Shown one piece after another: positions 19,371 through 26,617 of a stretch of DNA of 42,572 nucleotides. Under the pieces are notes generated by a model. That model was not told where the DNA came from. It saw nothing but the letters and a program-made list of their open reading frames with translations, and made no database searches. The stretch is from positions 1 through 42,572 of the forward strand of contig DATKEH010000117.1 in assembly GCA_035546355.1 (NCBI GenBank). Reading direction: 5' to 3'. A program made the position numbers and the translations under genes. Origin of the DNA: Thermoanaerobaculia bacterium (GTDB lineage: Bacteria; Acidobacteriota; Thermoanaerobaculia; Multivoradales; JAIOJS01). Within the stretch, counting starts at the first letter, position 1, and every line of letters starts with the position of its first letter.

Positions 19371-21057
19371 CGCCGCCGCCGTCGACGCCCAGCTCGGCGA
19401 GCACGGTGAGATCGCCGGCCAGCAGCGCGCGCAGCGCAGCGCCGCGCCGCAGCTTTCCCGACGAGGTGCGCGGCAGCGCCCGCGCCGCCACCACCGCCAC
19501 CCGCCGGGGCGCCACCCCCGCCGCCGCCAGGGCGGCCTCGCGAGCCGCCGCGGCGAGCTCGGGCAGCCGCGCCGGCGCCACCTCCTCGTCCGCCTCGAGC
19601 AGCACCACCAGCGCCTCCCCGAGCCCGTCCCCGGAGCTCCAGCCCATCGCCGCCACGCCGCCGCGACGCACGCCGGGCACCGCCGCCACCGGCTCCTCGA
19701 CCTCTGCCGGCGCCAGGTTGCGGCCGCGCACGACGATCACCTCCCTGGCGCGCCCCACCAGGTAGAGATCGCCCCGATAGAGGAAGCCGAGGTCGCCGGT
19801 GTCGAGCCAGCCGTCGCGCAGCACGCGGGCGGTCTCGGCGGGGCGATCGAGGTACCCCTGCATCAGCGACGGCCCGCGGGCCCACACCCTGCCGACCCGG
19901 CCCTCCGGCAACCGCCCCGCCGCCCGGTCGCGTACCTCGACGGCGAAGCCGGGGACCGGCCGGCCGAGGGCCACCAGCTCCCGTCCCGCCGGCGCCTCGA
20001 CCGCCTCGCCGCGGCTCGCCAGCGGATCGGCGGCGAAGCGGCGAGCGGTGAAGGGTGCTTCCAGCTCGCCGAAGGTCACCGCCAGCCCGGCCTCGGCCAG
20101 ACCGTACACCGGGGTCAGCGCCTCGCGGCGGAAGCCCCAGCGCGCGAAGCGGCGGGCGAAGGCGCCCAGCACGGCCGCCGACACCGGCTCGGCGCCGTCG
20201 AGGGCCACGCGCCAGCACGACAGGTCGACACCGGCGAGCTCGTCGTCCCGCACCTGCTCGACGCACAGGCGGTAGGCGAAGTCGGGCGCCGCCGACACCG
20301 TGGCGCGGGCGCGGGAGATGGCGCGCAGCCACAGCGCCGGCCGGGCGATGAAACCCTCCGGCGGCAGCAGGGTGAGCGTCGCCGGCCGCTCGAGGGCGGT
20401 CAGCACCCCCCCGACGAGCCCCATGTCGTGGTAGAGCGGCAGCCAGGACACCCCGGTGTGGGCGGCGCCGGCCCCATCGGGCCAGAAGCCGTTGAGGATG
20501 CGCGCCTGAGCCATCAGCGCGGCGTGGGTGAGGGCGACGCCGCGGGGCTCGCCGGTGGTGCCGGAGGTCAGCTGCACCAGGGCCAGATCGGCCCCGTCGA
20601 CGGCCACCGGCAGCGCGGCGGCGGCCGGCAGCCCGTCGAGGGTGCGGGCGCCGCCAGGCGTCGTGGCGGCGGCGGCGGCCTCGCTCACCGGGCGCCGCAG
20701 CCGCCGTTCGGTGAGCGCCAGGGCCGCTGCGACGCCCCGCAGCCGGCTCGCCGCGGCGCCGCGCCAGGCGGCCAGCGCGCCCAGGCGCAGCGGCGGGGGC
20801 AGCGGCACGGGCACCGCGCCGGCGCGAAGGGCGCCGAAGAAGGCGGCGAAGAACTCCTCTCCGGTGGGGTACACCAGGCCCACCCGCTCCCCGGGTCGCA
20901 CCCCGAGCGCCTGCAGCCCCCCCGCCACCCGCTCCGCCGCCGCCGCCACCTCGGCCCAGGTGAGCATCCGCTCCCGTTCCCGCCGGTCGACCAGCCGCAG
21001 GCCGGCCGCCGGCACCGCTGCCGCTCGCCGCAGCCAGTCCACCAGGCTCTCAGCCAT
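19354..21057 (-). CDS. Fatty acyl-AMP ligase (FAAL-type adenylating enzyme)
   Basis: 567 aa of the ANL superfamily with LTSGTTGEPRGV, GDLGF..GRAREVIVVRGRN and TSSGKLRR. It is adjacent to a stand-alone ACP, and its start overlaps the ACP 3' end by 8 nt. Confidence 0.85.
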   Translation of the reverse strand: MAESLVDWLRRAAAVPAAGLRLVDRRERERMLTWAEVAAAAERVAGGLQALGVRPGERVGLVYPTGEEFFAAFFGALRAGAVPVPLPPPLRLGALAAWRGAAASRLRGVAAALALTERRLRRPVSEAAAAATTPGGARTLDGLPAAAALPVAVDGADLALVQLTSGTTGEPRGVALTHAALMAQARILNGFWPDGAGAAHTGVSWLPLYHDMGLVGGVLTALERPATLTLLPPEGFIARPALWLRAISRARATVSAAPDFAYRLCVEQVRDDELAGVDLSCWRVALDGAEPVSAAVLGAFARRFARWGFRREALTPVYGLAEAGLAVTFGELEAPFTARRFAADPLASRGEAVEAPAGRELVALGRPVPGFAVEVRDRAAGRLPEGRVGRVWARGPSLMQGYLDRPAETARVLRDGWLDTGDLGFLYRGDLYLVGRAREVIVVRGRNLAPAEVEEPVAAVPGVRRGGVAAMGWSSGDGLGEALVVLLEADEEVAPARLPELAAAAREAALAAAGVAPRRVAVVAARALPRTSSGKLRRGAALRALLAGDLTVLAELGVDGGGGGSGA

Positions 21058-21337
21058 CGCCCGCGCCTCCCCGCGCTCGCAGCTTCTCGGCCAGCACCCG
21101 CTGCAGGTCGCCGACGGTGCGGATCGCCGCCTCGTCGTCGGCGTCGAGGCACACCTCGAGCCGGTCCTCGACCTCGACCGCCAGGGTGAGCAGGCCCAGC
21201 GAGTCGAGGCCCAGGTCCTCGACCAGCCGCTGCTCGGGCCGCAGCGGCTCGCCGTGCCCGAGCTGGCGCGCCACCGCCGCGAGGGCGGCGCGGACCGCCG
21301 CCGGCACGGCGTCGCCTGGCGGCGCCGCGGCGCTCAT
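21050..21337 (-). CDS. Stand-alone acyl carrier protein
   Basis: 95 aa with the phosphopantetheine attachment motif LGLDSLGLLTLAVEVE. Confidence 0.85.
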   Translation of the reverse strand: MSAAAPPGDAVPAAVRAALAAVARQLGHGEPLRPEQRLVEDLGLDSLGLLTLAVEVEDRLEVCLDADDEAAIRTVGDLQRVLAEKLRARGGAGDG

Positions 21338-21338
21338 C

Positions 21339-21908
21339 TCAGCGCCGCCCCTCCCGCTCGGGCCGCGCGGCGGGCGGGCCGGCGCGCGGCGGGCGCAGCC
21401 CCAGGGCTCGCTCCTCGACGCGCACCCGCACCGCCAGCACCGCGGCGTTGGCCAGCGAGGCGACCAGCGCGGTGACCCAGGCGGTGTGCACCAGCGGCAG
21501 CGCCGCCAACTCCAGCACCACCGCCAGGTAGTTGGGGTGGCGCAGCAGCCGGTAGGGTCCCGCCGCCACCAGCGGCAGCGCTCCCGGCGTCACCAGCACG
21601 CGGGTGGTCCAGCGATCGCCGAGGGTGGCCACCACCCACCAGCGAAGGGCCATGGTGGCGGCCACCAGCGCCAGCATCGGCCAGCCGAGCCGCGGCAGGA
21701 AGGGGCGATCCCAGGCCAGCACCTCGGCCGGCGCGGCCAGCAGCAGGGCCGTGTGCAGGGCGACCATCCACGGGTAGTGGCCCGCTCCCACCTCGACCGC
21801 GCCGCGGGCCCGCAGCCGCCGCTCGTGACGGCGCGACACCGCCAGCTCGGCCAGCCGCTCGCAGCCGACGGCGGCGATCAGGATCAGGAACAGGGCCTCG
21901 CTCCGCAT
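21339..21908 (-). CDS. ICMT/PEMT-like membrane methyltransferase (SrsB-type position)
   Basis: 189-aa multi-TM protein with GPYRLLRHPNYLAVVLE, typical of the isoprenylcysteine carboxyl methyltransferase family. Its stop lies 1 nt before the ACP start. Confidence 0.8.
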   Translation of the reverse strand: MRSEALFLILIAAVGCERLAELAVSRRHERRLRARGAVEVGAGHYPWMVALHTALLLAAPAEVLAWDRPFLPRLGWPMLALVAATMALRWWVVATLGDRWTTRVLVTPGALPLVAAGPYRLLRHPNYLAVVLELAALPLVHTAWVTALVASLANAAVLAVRVRVEERALGLRPPRAGPPAARPEREGRR

Positions 21909-21929
21909 GCCCCCGCCTCCGCGCCCGCC

Positions 21930-22979
21930 TCACCACTCGAGCAGCACCAGCTCGGAACAGAACCCGGGGCCCATCGCCAGCAGCAAGCCGGGGCTGCCGG
22001 CCGGCGGCCGATGCCGCACCAGGGTCTCGCGCAGCACCAGCAACACCGAGGTCGAAGACAGGTTGCCCACCTCGCGCAGGCTGCGCCAGGTGACCGCCAG
22101 GGCCTCGGCAGGCAGCTCGAGCACCTCCTGCATCGCCTCCAGCACCTTCGGCCCTCCCGGATGGGCCACCCAGGAGCGGATGTCCGGCCGCGCCAGCCCA
22201 TGCTCGGCGAGGAAGCCGTCGACGTCCCGCCGCAGGTGGCGCCGCACCATCTCCGGCACCTCCGCCGACAGCACCACCGAAAACCCGCTCTGCGAGACGT
22301 CCCACCCCATCACCCGCTCGGTGTCGGGGTAGAACACCGACCGCGACGCCACCACCCGCGGGCCGTCGGCCTGCCGCTCCGCGCCCACCATCACCACCGC
22401 CGCCGCGCCGTCGCCGAAGAGGCCCGAGGCGATCAGGTTGGGGATCGACAGGTCCGCCTCCTGCAGGGTCAGCGAGCACAGCTCCACCGAGACCAGCACC
22501 GCCACTTCCCCGGGGTGGCCGCGGAGGTAGTCGGCGAGCCGCGCCACCCCCGCCGCCCCGGCCAGGCAGCCGAGCCCGAAGATCGGCACCCGTTTGACCC
22601 GCGGCGGCAGGCGCAGGCGGTTCATCAGCCGCGCGTCGAGCGACGGCGTGGCGACGCCGGTGACGGTGGCGGTGTAGAGGGCGTCGATCTCGTCGCCGGC
22701 GATGCCGGCGGCGTCGAGCGCCGAACGCACCGCAGCCTCTCCCACCTCCTGGGCGACGCGGATCCAGGCGTCGTTGGCCTCCCCCCAGCTCGCCAGCCGG
22801 GGGTACTCCTCCAGCGGCAGCGCCAGGTGGCGCCCGCCGACCAGCACGTTGCGATGCAGCCGCTCCAGTCTCTCGAGGTTGAAGTGCCGCCGCCCCCACA
22901 CCTCGCGGAAGGCGGCGATCAGCTGCTCCTGCGGGTAGTAGTGGGGGGGGAAGGCCTCTCCCACGGCGGCGATCCGCAT
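21930..22979 (-). CDS. Type III polyketide synthase (chalcone/stilbene synthase family)
   Basis: 349 aa counted from ATG 22979 (MRIAAVGEAFPPHYY). The Cys-His-Asn triad contexts are FGLGCLAGAAG, WVAHPGGPKVL and EVGNLSSTSVL, and the C-terminal end reads AMGPGFCSE. The track ORF extension to 23249 is rejected. Confidence 0.92.
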   Translation of the reverse strand: MRIAAVGEAFPPHYYPQEQLIAAFREVWGRRHFNLERLERLHRNVLVGGRHLALPLEEYPRLASWGEANDAWIRVAQEVGEAAVRSALDAAGIAGDEIDALYTATVTGVATPSLDARLMNRLRLPPRVKRVPIFGLGCLAGAAGVARLADYLRGHPGEVAVLVSVELCSLTLQEADLSIPNLIASGLFGDGAAAVVMVGAERQADGPRVVASRSVFYPDTERVMGWDVSQSGFSVVLSAEVPEMVRRHLRRDVDGFLAEHGLARPDIRSWVAHPGGPKVLEAMQEVLELPAEALAVTWRSLREVGNLSSTSVLLVLRETLVRHRPPAGSPGLLLAMGPGFCSELVLLEW

Positions 22980-23401
22980 CAGCGCTCCAACTTCAGGCTG
23001 CCGGCGAGGAAGGCCAGCAGCAGCCCGCCGGCGAGGTAGAGCGGCAGCCACCCCAGGACCTGCGCCAGCCAGGGCTGGCCGGGGAGCCAGGTGAGACGCG
23101 CCAGGGTCAGCAGCAGCAGCGGGCCGCGGAAGACCCAGGCGACGCCGCCGGCGAGCAGGCCGTCCACCCAGCGCGAGCCGCGACCCTCGATGAGCAGGAA
23201 CAGCGCCGTCAACCCCACCGCCTCGAGGCCCCACTCCGCCAGCCGCCACGGCCCGACGCCGCGGTCCCGCTCGAGACCGAGACGGGCCAGCGCCAGATCC
23301 TCTCCCGCCCAGCCGGCGACCTCCAGGGCGAAGGCTCCCCCGGCGAGCAGCAGCAACAGCAAGGGCAGCGCCAGGAGCAGGAACCGCAACACCCGCGGCA
23401 T
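22979..23401 (-). CDS. Small polytopic membrane protein, first gene of the PKS operon (uncharacterised)
   Basis: 140 aa counted from ATG 23401 (MPRVLRFLLLALPLLLLLLAGGAF), with about four hydrophobic spans. Its stop overlaps the PKS start (ATGA at 22979-22982). The upstream track extension to 23536 is P/R/S-rich with poorer codon usage. GTG 23392 is an alternative start. Confidence 0.55.
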   Translation of the reverse strand: MPRVLRFLLLALPLLLLLLAGGAFALEVAGWAGEDLALARLGLERDRGVGPWRLAEWGLEAVGLTALFLLIEGRGSRWVDGLLAGGVAWVFRGPLLLLTLARLTWLPGQPWLAQVLGWLPLYLAGGLLLAFLAGSLKLER

Positions 23402-23428
23402 CTTAGCGTAGGGGTCGGGCGAGGAGCT

Positions 23429-23437
23429 TGGTAGAGT
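23429..23437 (+). promoter_or_regulatory. Extended -10-like element TGGTAGAGT upstream of the arsM operon
   Basis: TG-n-TAGAGT, nearly identical to the ppiD element (both read TAGAGTCG). It would give a GC-rich leader of about 120 nt. Confidence 0.3.
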
Positions 23438-23565
23438 CGGGGGCACGGGCGGCGCCAGCGACGGCGGCGATCCGATCGGCGGCCGCCCCCGTATCTCTGT
23501 CGCAGGCGCCCGCCCCCGGTGCCGGCGCGCCGCCACCCATCGCCGGGATGGAGGAGAGCCAACCG

Positions 23566-24726
23566 ATGACCCCGCCGTTCGACGTCGAGAGCGAAGTGCG
23601 CCGCCGCTACCGCCAGGGCGCCAGCACGACCGCCGCGGAGCTGTGCTGCCCGGTCGACTACGATCCGCGCTACCTGGCGGCGATCCCGCCGGAGGTGTTG
23701 CAGCGGGACTACGGCTGCGGCGACCCCTCGCGCCACCTGCGGTCGGGCGAGACGGTGCTCGACCTCGGCTGCGGCACCGGCAAGATCTGCTTCATCGCCG
23801 CCCAGGTGGTGGGGCCGCAGGGGCGGGTGGTCGGCATCGACATGACCCCGGAGATGCTGGCCGTCGGCCGCGCCGCGGCGCCGGTGGTGGCGCAGCGGCT
23901 GGGCTACGCCAACGTCGATTTCCGACGCGGCCGCATCCAGGACCTCGCCCTCGACCTCGAGCGGCTGGAGGCGGCGCTCGCCGCCAGCCCGGTGCGCGAC
24001 GCCGAGGGGTGGCTGGCCGCCGAGTCGCTGGCCGCCGAGCTGCGGCGCAGCGAGCCGCTGGTGGCGGACGGGAGCATCGACGTGGTGGTCTCCAACTGCG
24101 TGCTCAACCTGGTGCGCCCGGAGCTCAAGGGGCAGCTGTTCGCCGAGATCCACCGCGTGCTGCGCCGCGGCGGCCGCGCGGTGATCGCCGACATCGTCAG
24201 CGACGAGCCGGTGCCGCCGCACCTGCAGGCGGACCCCGAGCTGTGGAGCGGCTGCGTCTCCGGCGCGCTGACCGAGGAGGGGTTCCTCGCCGCCTTCGAG
24301 GCCGCCGGCTTCTACGGCATCCGCCTGCTGGAGCGGCAGCGGGAGCCCTGGCGGACGGTGGAGGGGATCGAGCTCCGCTCGGTGACGGTGGAGGCCTTCC
24401 GCGGCAAGGAGGGCCCGTGCCGCGAGCGCCGCCAGGCGGTGGTCTACCTGGGGCCGTTCAAGGAGGTGCTGGACGACGACGGCCACCGCTTGCCGCGGGG
24501 GGTGCCGGCGGCCGTCTGCGACAAGACCTTCCACATCCTCACCCGCGAGCCCTACCGGCAGCACTTCGCCGCCGTCGAGCCGCGGGTGCCGGTGCCGCCG
24601 GAGGAGGAGGCGCCCTTCGACTGTGCGCGCACCCTGCGCCGGCAACCCCACGAGACCAAGGGGGAGCGGTACGCCCACACCAGCGACGGAGCCGCCTCCT
24701 GTTGCGGCCCGGAGGGGTGCTGCTGA
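23566..24726 (+). CDS. arsM: As(III) S-adenosylmethionine methyltransferase family protein (ArsM-type)
   Basis: The following motifs occur in order: ELCCPVDY, RDYGCGDP, SAM motif VLDLGCGTGKICF, VVVSNCVLNLV, DPELWSGCVSGAL, a C-terminal domain and an SCCGPEGCC tail. This matches the four conserved Cys positions and the tail of CmArsM as I recall it. ATG 23566 is chosen because GGAGGAG (23550-23556) lies 9 nt upstream. ATG 23548 is possible, and the track start at 23428 is rejected. Confidence 0.75.
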   Translation: MTPPFDVESEVRRRYRQGASTTAAELCCPVDYDPRYLAAIPPEVLQRDYGCGDPSRHLRSGETVLDLGCGTGKICFIAAQVVGPQGRVVGIDMTPEMLAVGRAAAPVVAQRLGYANVDFRRGRIQDLALDLERLEAALAASPVRDAEGWLAAESLAAELRRSEPLVADGSIDVVVSNCVLNLVRPELKGQLFAEIHRVLRRGGRAVIADIVSDEPVPPHLQADPELWSGCVSGALTEEGFLAAFEAAGFYGIRLLERQREPWRTVEGIELRSVTVEAFRGKEGPCRERRQAVVYLGPFKEVLDDDGHRLPRGVPAAVCDKTFHILTREPYRQHFAAVEPRVPVPPEEEAPFDCARTLRRQPHETKGERYAHTSDGAASCCGPEGCC

Positions 24727-25616
24727 TGGCGGAGCCCGCCGCGGCGCGGCCGGCGGCCGGCGTGCCGAGCGCGCCGCTGCGCAGCCTCGATACGCTCTGG
24801 TTCCAGGTGGCGGGGACGCTGTGCAACCTCGCCTGCACCCACTGCTTCGTCTCCTGCTCGCCCACCAACCACACGCACGAGATGATGACGTTGGAGCAGG
24901 TGCTCGCCTACCTCGACGAGGGGGCGGCGCTGGGGGTCAAGGAGTGCTACTTCACCGGCGGCGAGCCGTTCCTCAACCCGCAGATGGAGGCGATCCTGGC
25001 GGCGGCGCTGCGCTACGGCCCGGCCACGGTGCTCACCAACGGGATTCTCCTCGACCCCTCCCGCTGCCGGCGCCTGGCGCAGCTGGCGGCAGACAGCGAC
25101 TACTCGCTCGACCTGCGGGTGTCGCTCGACGGCTTCACCGCCGCGGGGCACGACGCCATCCGCGGCCCCGGCACCTTCGCGCGCGCCCTCGCCGGCATCC
25201 GCAACCTGGCGGCGGCGGGGCTCGAGCCGGTGATCACCGCCACCGAGGTCGACGACGCCAACGCTGCGCCCGCCGGCAAGCGGCGCTTCTTCGCCCTGCT
25301 CGCCGAGGCCGGCGTCCGGCGGCCGCGGCTCAAGGTGTTGCCGGTGTTCCGGCTGGGCGCCGAGGCCGAGCGCAGCGGCGCCTACGCCAGCTGGCAGCGG
25401 CTGCAGGAGGGGGGCCACGCCGACGGCGATTGGGGGCACCTGCAGTGCAGCAGCTGCCGCATGGCCACCGCCTGCGGAGTGTGGGTGTGCCCGATCCTGG
25501 TCAACGAGCCGGCGGCGAAGATGGGGGAGCGGCTGGCCGACACCCTGCGTCCGTTCCCCCTGGCCCACGCCGCCTGCTGGACCTGCCACGCCTACGGAGT
25601 GAGCTGCCGGACGTGA
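24726..25616 (+). CDS. Radical SAM enzyme with SPASM/twitch-like Cys-rich C-terminus
   Basis: 296 aa with the cluster motif CNLACTHC (CxxxCxxC), GGEPFLNP, and VSLDG..HD..RGPGTF. The C-terminus carries CSSCRMATACGVWVC (Cx2Cx5Cx4C) and CWTCHAYGVSC. ATG 24726 overlaps the arsM stop (TGATG). Confidence 0.85.
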   Translation: MAEPAAARPAAGVPSAPLRSLDTLWFQVAGTLCNLACTHCFVSCSPTNHTHEMMTLEQVLAYLDEGAALGVKECYFTGGEPFLNPQMEAILAAALRYGPATVLTNGILLDPSRCRRLAQLAADSDYSLDLRVSLDGFTAAGHDAIRGPGTFARALAGIRNLAAAGLEPVITATEVDDANAAPAGKRRFFALLAEAGVRRPRLKVLPVFRLGAEAERSGAYASWQRLQEGGHADGDWGHLQCSSCRMATACGVWVCPILVNEPAAKMGERLADTLRPFPLAHAACWTCHAYGVSCRT

Positions 25617-26617
25617 CCCCGGCCCGCCCGCCGCAGGGCGGTGACGGCGACCGCCGCCGCGACCGCCTGACCGCCCACCGCGGCCTCGCCACCTGGGGGG
25701 AGCGGCTGGTGCCGCTGGACGACTTCCGCCGCGCCGTCGCCGCCGCCGGCGGGGAGCTGCCCGCCGCCGAGCGGGCGCGGGCGGCGGCCCGCTTCCTGGC
25801 CCGCCCGGCGGACCCGACGCCGGTCGAGGGACCCTTCGCCCGGGTCGCCCTGTTCGGCGGCGTCTACAACAACCATCTGGCGTTGACCGCCCTGCTGGAG
25901 GAGGCGGCGGGCGAGCGCGTCGAGGCCCTCTACTGCCTCGGCGACCTGGGCGGTTTCGGCCCCAGCCCCGAGAAGGTACCGCCGCTGCTCGCCGCCGGCG
26001 GCGTCGCCTGCGTCGCCGGCAACTACGAGCAGTCGCTGGCGCGCGGCGCCGAAGACTGCAACTGCGGCTACACCGACCCGCGGGACAACCACTTCGCGCG
26101 GCTGTCCTACCGCTACACGGCCGAGCGCACCCCCGCCGCCGTGCGGCGGTGGATGGGGACGCTGTCGCCGCGGCGGCGGGTGCGGGTGGGCGAGCGGGAG
26201 CTGCTGCTGGTGCACGGCTCGCCGCGGCAGGTCAACGAGTTCCTCTTCGCCTCCACCACGCCGACCGCCTGGCTCGAGCTGCTGCTCGACCAGGAGGGCG
26301 CCGACGCGCTGGCCTGCACCCACACCGGCCTGCACTGGCACCGCCGCCTGCCCTCGGGGCGCGAGGTGATCAACGTCGGGGTGATCGGCCGCCCCGCCAA
26401 CGACGGCGACCCGCGGGTCTGGTGGACCCTGGTGTCGGCACGCGGCGACCAGCTCGAGGTGGCGCTGCGGCCGCTCGCCTACGACCACCGGGGGCTCGCC
26501 GCCGAGATGCGCCGCGAAGGGCTGCCCGAGGAGTTCGTCGCCACCATCCTCGACGGCTGGTGGACCACCTGTCTGGAGGTGCTGCCCAGCAAGGAGCGGG
26601 CGCAGGGGAGGTATTGA
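25613..26617 (+). CDS. Metallophosphoesterase-family protein (PF12850-like, atypical motif I, about 80-aa N-terminal extension)
   Basis: 334 aa with CLGDLGGFGP, VAGNYEQ..EDCNCGY, LLVHGSPRQVNEFLF and ACTHTG, resembling the GNYD/DCGCxY metallophosphoesterase clade. GTG 25613 overlaps the radical SAM stop (GTGA). The frame is GC3-rich from the first codon. Confidence 0.7.
   Translation: MTPARPPQGGDGDRRRDRLTAHRGLATWGERLVPLDDFRRAVAAAGGELPAAERARAAARFLARPADPTPVEGPFARVALFGGVYNNHLALTALLEEAAGERVEALYCLGDLGGFGPSPEKVPPLLAAGGVACVAGNYEQSLARGAEDCNCGYTDPRDNHFARLSYRYTAERTPAAVRRWMGTLSPRRRVRVGERELLLVHGSPRQVNEFLFASTTPTAWLELLLDQEGADALACTHTGLHWHRRLPSGREVINVGVIGRPANDGDPRVWWTLVSARGDQLEVALRPLAYDHRGLAAEMRREGLPEEFVATILDGWWTTCLEVLPSKERAQGRY

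Noticed and set aside
23472-23479. 8-bp palindrome CCGATCGG in the divergent region as an operator site
   Set aside because: Short GC-rich palindromes of this size are expected many times by chance in GC-rich sequence. It does not extend, and no cognate regulator gene is present.
22980-23536. Upstream extensions of the PKS ORF (to 23249) and of the small membrane protein ORF (to 23536)
   Set aside because: MRIAAVGEAFPPHYY is a typical type III PKS N-terminus, and its ATG forms an ATGA overlap with the preceding gene. The extensions are R/P/A-rich and would overlap real coding sequence or the divergent promoter region.
23428-23565. N-terminal extension of the arsM ORF (GTG/ATG 23428 or ATG 23548)
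   Set aside because: The extension is A/P-rich and has no counterpart in ArsM proteins. A GGAGGAG SD sits inside it at the correct distance from ATG 23566. ATG 23548 cannot be fully excluded.
24726-25616. Calling the radical SAM gene arsS (arsenosugar synthase)
   Set aside because: As I recall ArsS, it has a different cluster context and a DUF3641-type C-terminus. This protein has a SPASM-like Cys block instead. The identity is left open until an HMM search is done.
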